DNA from: an uncultured Candidatus Saccharibacteria bacterium
Lineage (GTDB): Bacteria; Patescibacteriota; Minisyncoccia; Phycocordibacterales; UBA9973
DNA: 36,888 bases
Direction of reading: 5' to 3'
Assembly (NCBI GenBank): GCA_964625485.1
Contig: CAZVBK010000003.1
Span: 1-36,888, forward strand
Shown: piece after piece, positions 24,278 through 28,927 of the stretch
Numbering within the stretch: the stretch's first letter is position 1
Layout of the letters: every line of letters starts with the position of its first letter
The notes under the pieces: generated by a model
What the model was told of the DNA's origin: nothing
Database searches by the model: none
The model's input: only the letters and a program-made list of their open reading frames with translations
Translations under genes and position numbers: made by a program

Positions 24278-24520
24278 TTATCGGTGGATGCATCCGGCCC
24301 AGCAACAGGGTCGGCGTTTACCTTCGGAGAGACTTTCCACAGTTCTTTTTATTCGGTGGACTCGAGTTTCAATTTTTTTAGGAGAAGTGACCCAGCATAT
24401 CCATTCGTTGCGAGCGAGCGGGGTGATGTCTTCCCAAGCCGAAAGAGCAACCTTCGAAACTGAAAGGGAAGTCGCTAAATCTTTTGGAATTTTGTGTACT
24501 GCGCCGTTAGAAAGAGCCAT
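24278..24520 (-). CDS. Small YdeI/OmdA-like protein, 80 aa
   Basis: WEDITPLARNEWICWVTSPKKIETRVHRIKRTVESLSEGKRRPCCW resembles the YdeI/OmpD-associated C-terminal pattern from memory. There is no SD. It is convergent with the RSH gene with a 9-nt gap. Confidence 0.5.
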   Translation of the reverse strand: MALSNGAVHKIPKDLATSLSVSKVALSAWEDITPLARNEWICWVTSPKKIETRVHRIKRTVESLSEGKRRPCCWAGCIHR

Positions 24521-24539
24521 GGATTTATTTTACAACTAA

Positions 24540-24587
24540 AAGTACAAACGGACCAGCGAGCATGTAGCTCGGCTGGTCCGTTTTGGA
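24540..24587. repeat. 48-nt hairpin repeat, copy 1
   Basis: aagtacaaacggaccagcgagcatgtagctcggctggtccgttttgga. The 12-bp stem is aaacggaccagc/gctggtccgttt with an inner gagc/gctc pairing. It lies 9 nt past the stop of 24597..24836. Confidence 0.8.
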
Positions 24588-24596
24588 TGCCAAGGG

Positions 24597-24836
24597 TTAA
24601 ACCCTGGCTTCGTTTAGTTCATCCAAGAGCACGAATACTGTGTCATCGATGCTCTCGTAAAGGGCTTCAGCCACTTCGCGCTTTTCTCCTTCGAAACGCA
24701 AGACTTCGGTCTCGCCGAAGATATAGGTGCCGTTCATTGGCAAAAACTTACCTATGAACTTGGTCAGTTGGTTGGATCCAGGGCTGACCTTTCGAAGAAG
24801 CTGAACGTCCTTGCAAATAGTGACTCGGGTGTACAT
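24597..24836 (-). CDS. Hypothetical protein, 79 aa
   Basis: GAGGT lies 5 nt before the ATG at 24836 (MYTRVTICKD...). The track ORF's N-terminal extension to 24968 lacks any initiation signal. Confidence 0.5.
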   Translation of the reverse strand: MYTRVTICKDVQLLRKVSPGSNQLTKFIGKFLPMNGTYIFGETEVLRFEGEKREVAEALYESIDDTVFVLLDELNEARV

Positions 24837-24897
24837 GTTTACCTCGAAGATGAATGGGTTAGAACAGGGAAGTACGCTATTCTTCAAAGCGTTTTGG

Positions 24898-25185
24898 CTA
24901 TTCGATGTTCTCCATTCGGCAGATTTCGATGAGTGCATCTCGAAGGAGCTTGATCTCATCGCGACCACTGACTGGAATCGCTCCCCACGAGGTTTCGTTG
25001 CTCTGGATTCCTACAGAGTAGGACCCGATTTTGTGCGAAACTTGAACTCTGCTTTGTTCGAGTCCCCCTGGCATGGTGGCGACCTAGAGATAGTGCTGGG
25101 ACTCGGCGGTCATTCCCCGTTGCACAACATTCGTGTTCATCAGGGGGTTATGGGAGGGGCTGACAGTATTAGTATCTTCTGGCAT
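24898..25185 (-). pseudogene. 95-codon reading frame interrupted by one in-frame TAG (25084-25086)
   Basis: AGGAG lies 7 nt before the ATG at 25185. The frame reads MPEDTNTVSPSHNPLMNTNVVQRGMTAESQHYL*VATMPGGLEQ...LIEICRMENIE* in a single frame. The downstream ATG at 25074 has no SD. Confidence 0.4.
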
Positions 25186-25268
25186 GCAACTTCTCCTGTT
25201 TGCTTGGGAAAGAATATCTTCGCTTATATTACGATATTTTTATAAAAAGTCAACCGATGGAGTTCAAC

Positions 25269-25288
25269 GCCTCAACGGCTGAACAGGG
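25269..25288. repeat. Tandem-octamer motif, copy A (GCCTCAAC GGCTGAAC AGGG)
   Basis: 18 of 20 nt are identical to 25733-25752. It sits 6 nt from hairpin copy 2 and 84 nt upstream (minus sense) of the ATG at 25185. Confidence 0.5.
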
Positions 25289-25294
25289 TATTTT

Positions 25295-25342
25295 AAGTAC
25301 AAACGGACCAGCGAGCATGTAGCTCGGTTGGTCCGTTTTGGA
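25295..25342. repeat. 48-nt hairpin repeat, copy 2
   Basis: Identical to 24540-24587 except C to T at 25328, which keeps the stem as a G-T pair. It lies 13 nt past the stop of 25356..25628. Confidence 0.8.
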
Positions 25343-25355
25343 ATGATTTTGCACC

Positions 25356-25628
25356 CTAGTAGTAAGTGACAAGTACGCCTTCGGGAGGTAGCCACTCGTA
25401 AGGGATTTCCGCGTTGATGATCTGCAGGAAAAGACCAGGGAGTTGTTCTTCAGGAATATGTCCTTCCTTCACGGCTCTGTCGAGCGCTTCCAGAGCATCA
25501 CACTTATACTTGAAGGGAAAGTCTGGAAAAAGTACGTCACCATCTTTGTCGTAAAAATGATAATGACGACCTTTTTCACAGAGCGAGAATTCCCAGACTT
25601 CTCCTTCTTGTTCGATTTCTTCAGGCAT
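25356..25628 (-). CDS. Hypothetical acidic protein, 90 aa
   Basis: GGAGGT lies 5 nt before the ATG at 25628 (MPEEIEQEGEVWEF...). It is followed by hairpin copy 2. Confidence 0.6.
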   Translation of the reverse strand: MPEEIEQEGEVWEFSLCEKGRHYHFYDKDGDVLFPDFPFKYKCDALEALDRAVKEGHIPEEQLPGLFLQIINAEIPYEWLPPEGVLVTYY

Positions 25629-25732
25629 GGGTCACCTCCGAGGATAAGTGTTTGAGAGGTGCGGTTCTTGTTTAAGGTATCAAGAATTTAGGGGTTTGTA
25701 AATGTGAGTTAAATTATGAAATTGCATAAAAA

Positions 25733-25752
25733 GGCTCAACGGCTCAACAGGG
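25733..25752. repeat. Tandem-octamer motif, copy B (GGCTCAAC GGCTCAAC AGGG)
   Basis: A perfect tandem 8-mer, 105 nt upstream (minus sense) of the ATG at 25628. Confidence 0.5.
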
Positions 25753-25856
25753 GATTTGGAGTTAATTTTACTTTGTGACCCTAATTATACGGAATTATAG
25801 CCAGATATTGAATCAAGTGAAGATTTTCATTCTTACTAGTTAAGTTATTCCAACCA

Positions 25857-25885
25857 TTGACAAATATACAATTTGGTGCTATAAA
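25857..25885 (+). promoter_or_regulatory. sigma70-like promoter TTGACA-17-TATAAA
   Basis: Consensus -35 at 25857-25862 and a -10 at 25880-25885. The track ORF start (TTG at 25857) is this -35 box. Confidence 0.55.
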
Positions 25886-25946
25886 ATTAGTGTATTTAAT
25901 TTGTCCCTTCAGCATTAAACGTTCCATCACTATCGCGGAGAACACT

Positions 25947-26333
25947 ATGAACAGCAAGAGAGCGCCACGCAACACAGAACAGGAAGTCCGGCATAACCCG
26001 CTCCTCGGCCTACTTACGACCATGGGAGAGGGCGGCAGCGGAATCCTCGCGCAGGAAGCACAAGGACAGCAGTCATTCGTCAACAGCGATACGCTGCCGA
26101 GGCAGATGAGTCCTGAGACAAAATTGGCTCTGTCTGAAGCGGGGGTTAAATTCCACGAATTGGTGGAAAATGACAATCTGTTCCAGTACGTTGAGCTCCC
26201 CGAGGGATGGAAGAAGGTTCCGACCGATCACTCGATGCACTCCAACCTCGTCGACGAGACCGGGCGTAAGCGCGCCGAGATTTTCTACAAGGCGGCGTTC
26301 TATGACCGCCGCGCAAGCATCAGCCTCGTGTGA
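25947..26333 (+). CDS. Hypothetical protein, 128 aa
   Basis: GGAGA lies 6 nt before the ATG at 25947 (MNSKRAPRNTEQE...). The ORF is GC-rich and a terminator lies downstream. Confidence 0.6.
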   Translation: MNSKRAPRNTEQEVRHNPLLGLLTTMGEGGSGILAQEAQGQQSFVNSDTLPRQMSPETKLALSEAGVKFHELVENDNLFQYVELPEGWKKVPTDHSMHSNLVDETGRKRAEIFYKAAFYDRRASISLV

Positions 26334-26360
26334 TAAAGGACTGAGCAGACCATCTGCTTT

Positions 26361-26400
26361 AACACGCCATGTCGTAAGACCTCTGGCGTGTTTTCATTTT
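26361..26400 (+). terminator. Rho-independent terminator
   Basis: aacacgcca...tggcgtgtt 9-bp stem followed by ttcatttt. Confidence 0.55.
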
Positions 26401-26537
26401 TCTAGCTATTATGGAGTGCTTCGCACACAAAGTTTATGTGAGCCACAATAATTTGCTCGTCGACACTCGCAAATTTTCCAGCCCCGGACTCGGCTTATCG
26501 CGTACTCGCGAAATAGGCCTCCGTCTTCACCGCACAA

Positions 26538-26560
26538 GAAAAAAGCCCCGTTGGGGGCTT
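26538..26560 (-). terminator. Rho-independent terminator of tRNA-Glu(CTC)
   Basis: The minus strand reads agcccc-caac-ggggct followed by tttttt. Confidence 0.6.
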
Positions 26561-26574
26561 GTTTTCAGTGGCGG

Positions 26575-26646
26575 TGACCCTACAGAGAATCGAACTCTGA
26601 TTCCATCCTTGAGAAGGATGTGTCCTAACCGTTAGACGATAGGGCC
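26575..26646 (-). tRNA. tRNA-Glu (anticodon CTC), 72 nt
   Basis: It has the same acceptor, D and T arms as the 4652-4723 gene. The anticodon arm is CATCC-TTCTCAA-GGATG. Confidence 0.9.
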
Positions 26647-26855
26647 TTAAAAAACTTCTGACCTATCGTCCTGAGTATCTCGAACAGGCGATGGCCTTTG
26701 TGGTTTTTAATATAGCACTTTTGGGCAAAAAATAAAACACTCCGCAAAAGCCAAAGCATTTTGTGGAGCATTACTACTTACGATATTTAAAATTCAAAAG
26801 AACATTTACTTCTTGCCCCGACCACGTGGTGTGTTGGTCGGGGCGGTTTTCGTAT

Positions 26856-27116
26856 TCAGGCGGCGTCTTCTTCCTTCATCAGGTCGAGGACTCTCTGATT
26901 GCTTTCGTACACACCTCGGCAAGTCAGGAACTGGGTTCCTTTCGCCGAGATGGCGACGGGCAAGTGCCTCTCAGAATTCTTTTTGCAGATGCGCCCCTGA
27001 GCAGATTCTGAGAAGTCGAGCTTCGGGCAGGCTTCTGGTGTGCCCAATTTGCAGACATGCTCGAGCATTACATCCGGAAGCGTTTCCGTGTTCGGATAGT
27101 GCTTGTGGCTGTTCAT
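26856..27116 (-). CDS. Small Cys-containing hypothetical protein, 86 aa
   Basis: AAGGAG lies 7 nt before the ATG at 27116. It overlaps the upstream ORF in an ATGA arrangement. It has five Cys. A gccccgacca/tggtcggggc hairpin lies at 26815-26844. Confidence 0.55.
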   Translation of the reverse strand: MNSHKHYPNTETLPDVMLEHVCKLGTPEACPKLDFSESAQGRICKKNSERHLPVAISAKGTQFLTCRGVYESNQRVLDLMKEEDAA

Positions 27117-27367
27117 GCGACTGCTCCTTCAGTTGGAGGTGAGGATTGGATGGAGGATTCGCTTGCTCTCGGTGGACCGAGACAAGAAGTGTACTGATGT
27201 CCCGGCTCGAGACTTGGACGAGTGATTCCACTTGCCACAAGGCTAGCTCTATTGCAGACCCAGCCCAAACATTCTTGGGGTTCATTGTTCGCTGCCTTGC
27301 ATGACCCAGTCTCACCGATACGGCAGACATTCTTTTGGTGCAAGACAGGGATAGGCCTCTTTCCCAT
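27113..27367 (-). CDS. Small Cys-rich hypothetical protein, 84 aa
   Basis: GAGGT lies 4 nt before the ATG at 27367, which is 2 nt after the upstream stop. It has six Cys (VCRIGETGSCKAANNEPQECLGWVC...). Confidence 0.45.
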   Translation of the reverse strand: MGKRPIPVLHQKNVCRIGETGSCKAANNEPQECLGWVCNRASLVASGITRPSLEPGHQYTSCLGPPRASESSIQSSPPTEGAVA

Positions 27368-27369
27368 AT

Positions 27370-27813
27370 CTACCTCATTGGTTCGAGGGTTGGGGTTTCG
27401 GTCGACGAGTTTTTGATAATCGCGTCGACCACGAGAGCGTTGACCCAGATCTTCTCCAGATCTTTAGGGATGTTGCCGTCGAGCGCTTGCCAACATTCGT
27501 CTGTAGACACAGCCATACTCAGTCCCAAGTATTGGGAGTACAGCGTGTCTCTGTTCACCCGCGTCGTGTCCTCGAGTCCGATTTTCCTTCGCAGGATTTC
27601 GGGCATGACAGAGTCTTTCAGTGCGTAGAGTTTCTCCACGCAGATGTTTTTCGGCTCAGTCATTGTCAGCATACTTGCTTCGACAATCGAAGGTTTGCCT
27701 TTCTTGCGACTGATGTCCCACCAGCCTGTGCCACCACCTATGGCGAGCAAGACTACAATCAATATTATAGTCTGCCAGAGTGGGGTTTTCTTCGCGCTTT
27801 TTTTGTGCAACAT
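27370..27813 (-). CDS. Membrane-anchored hypothetical protein, 147 aa
   Basis: One N-terminal TM (LWQTIILIVVLLAIGGGTGWW) and a GC-rich body. It is the first gene of a tightly coupled trio. Confidence 0.55.
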   Translation of the reverse strand: MLHKKSAKKTPLWQTIILIVVLLAIGGGTGWWDISRKKGKPSIVEASMLTMTEPKNICVEKLYALKDSVMPEILRRKIGLEDTTRVNRDTLYSQYLGLSMAVSTDECWQALDGNIPKDLEKIWVNALVVDAIIKNSSTETPTLEPMR

Positions 27814-27908
27814 AACCTCCGTATGGAAGGTACAAGCTGGCCCCGGTGCCAGTTCTTTTTATACTTTATAACAAATGTACTGCATGTCAATGAAGCTGCA
27901 GGGATTAT

Positions 27909-28406
27909 TTAAGGTATTTCTATCCAAGAATTTATATTTATGTTGGGTGGTGGGGGATTGGTGCTAGTTGGGGACAGGTGATTTTGCACCGTGGCTTCTG
28001 CTTTGAACTTACTAAAAGTATTTTTGTAATTTCCAGTGGTGATAATGGTCACATCCGCGGAGCTTCCGCTTCTCGAGGTTCCTGCCGGGGTAGTCGAAAC
28101 TATGTAGCACTTTCCGTCATTAATATCTATGGGCACTCCGATACCAGAAATGTACGAAGCATCAGTAAGGGGGTCGTAAATAAAATTTCTAGCTAATTCA
28201 AGAAGGGTCTGGTGTACGCAAGATTCTGCTAATACGGATGAAATCTTTTTAAATTCTCCATCGAGCGCATCAAACCTAGCATTAAAAGTCGCGCGGTTGG
28301 TCGTAAACAAGAATCCAATCATGATGGCCGAAATAATAATCGAAGACATCAAGGCCACGAACCCTCTGTTTTTCTTTTTTAATTTTTTAGTATTAAAATA
28401 ATTCAT
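27909..28406 (-). CDS. PilX-like minor pilin/pseudopilin, 165 aa
   Basis: The KKKNRGFVALMSSIIISAIMIGFLF N-terminus resembles the PilX N-terminal type. It is the last gene of the pilus operon. Confidence 0.6.
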   Translation of the reverse strand: MNYFNTKKLKKKNRGFVALMSSIIISAIMIGFLFTTNRATFNARFDALDGEFKKISSVLAESCVHQTLLELARNFIYDPLTDASYISGIGVPIDINDGKCYIVSTTPAGTSRSGSSADVTIITTGNYKNTFSKFKAEATVQNHLSPTSTNPPPPNININSWIEIP

Positions 28407-28407
28407 T

Positions 28408-28926
28408 TTATTTTCTTAAATACTTTACCAAACTAAAGTCCTGAGAATATACCATTCCAGTAGGTGTTTTGGTTGTGAGCGTAAAAGACACCCGCAAGCT
28501 TTCTGGGCTCAATCCGTCTCCACTAGCCACAGTATGGGTAAAAACAGTATTGCTCAATGTCGTGTTTGTGTTATTAAGCCTAACCGAAGTCTTGGTTCCA
28601 CGTTTTAAAGTTAGTACACCTCCTGACGCATCGAAAGCCAGCGGATTGTCGCTAGGTATTACATGATCGGCATTGATATATAGTTGTTGTGAAGTAGGAG
28701 AAACGCTCACGGTACTCGCGCCAGTCAAAGCCCAATCGATTTTTCCTAAAAGGTAAGTTCCTTCTTGTTGGACCATCGCTTTGGTTTGATTTCGGCTACT
28801 CGACTCAAACATGTTGTACATAGACACAACAACTCCTCCAATAAGTATTCCATACAAGGCAATATAGATAATAGTTTCAATCAGACTAAAGCCCGCGTTT
28901 TTATTTTTTAAATAAAATTTTTTCAT
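28408..28926 (-). CDS. Prepilin-type minor pilin, 172 aa
   Basis: KNKNAG|FSLIETIIYIALYGIL cleavage/methylation motif. Confidence 0.7.
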   Translation of the reverse strand: MKKFYLKNKNAGFSLIETIIYIALYGILIGGVVVSMYNMFESSSRNQTKAMVQQEGTYLLGKIDWALTGASTVSVSPTSQQLYINADHVIPSDNPLAFDASGGVLTLKRGTKTSVRLNNTNTTLSNTVFTHTVASGDGLSPESLRVSFTLTTKTPTGMVYSQDFSLVKYLRK

Positions 28927-28927
28927 T

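Noticed and set aside
24811-25245. 144-aa + strand ORF, whose end is followed by hairpin copy 2
   Set aside because: It runs antisense across the SD-supported minus-strand frames (25185 and 24836). Its start has no SD, and its C-terminus reads through an AT-rich promoter-like stretch (..NIFAYITIFL). I cannot fully exclude it, because the hairpin could terminate either strand.
24540-25342. Integron attC interpretation of the 48-nt hairpins
   Set aside because: I could not find the R''/R' core sites (RYYYAAC / GTTRRRY) in the expected positions flanking the stems. No intI-type tyrosine recombinase is in the window. In addition, the enclosed genes have their own promoters and SDs, unlike typical promoterless cassettes.
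26170-26635. + strand ORFs 26170..26451 and 26411..26635
   Set aside because: The first overlaps the 3' end of 25947..26333 out of frame. The second runs through the tRNA-Glu(CTC) gene and its terminator.
4652-26646. The two tRNA-Glu genes as the att boundaries of one large genomic island
   Set aside because: The interval contains essential core genes (trxB, ftsZ, ftsA, lysS, mraZ-murF). The two tRNAs are inverted rather than direct, and no integrase is present.
26647-26676. Second tRNA-Glu-like fragment (gacctatcgtc) next to tRNA-Glu(CTC)
   Set aside because: It matches only 9 nt and forms a short inverted repeat with the tRNA 5' end. This is too short to distinguish from chance.
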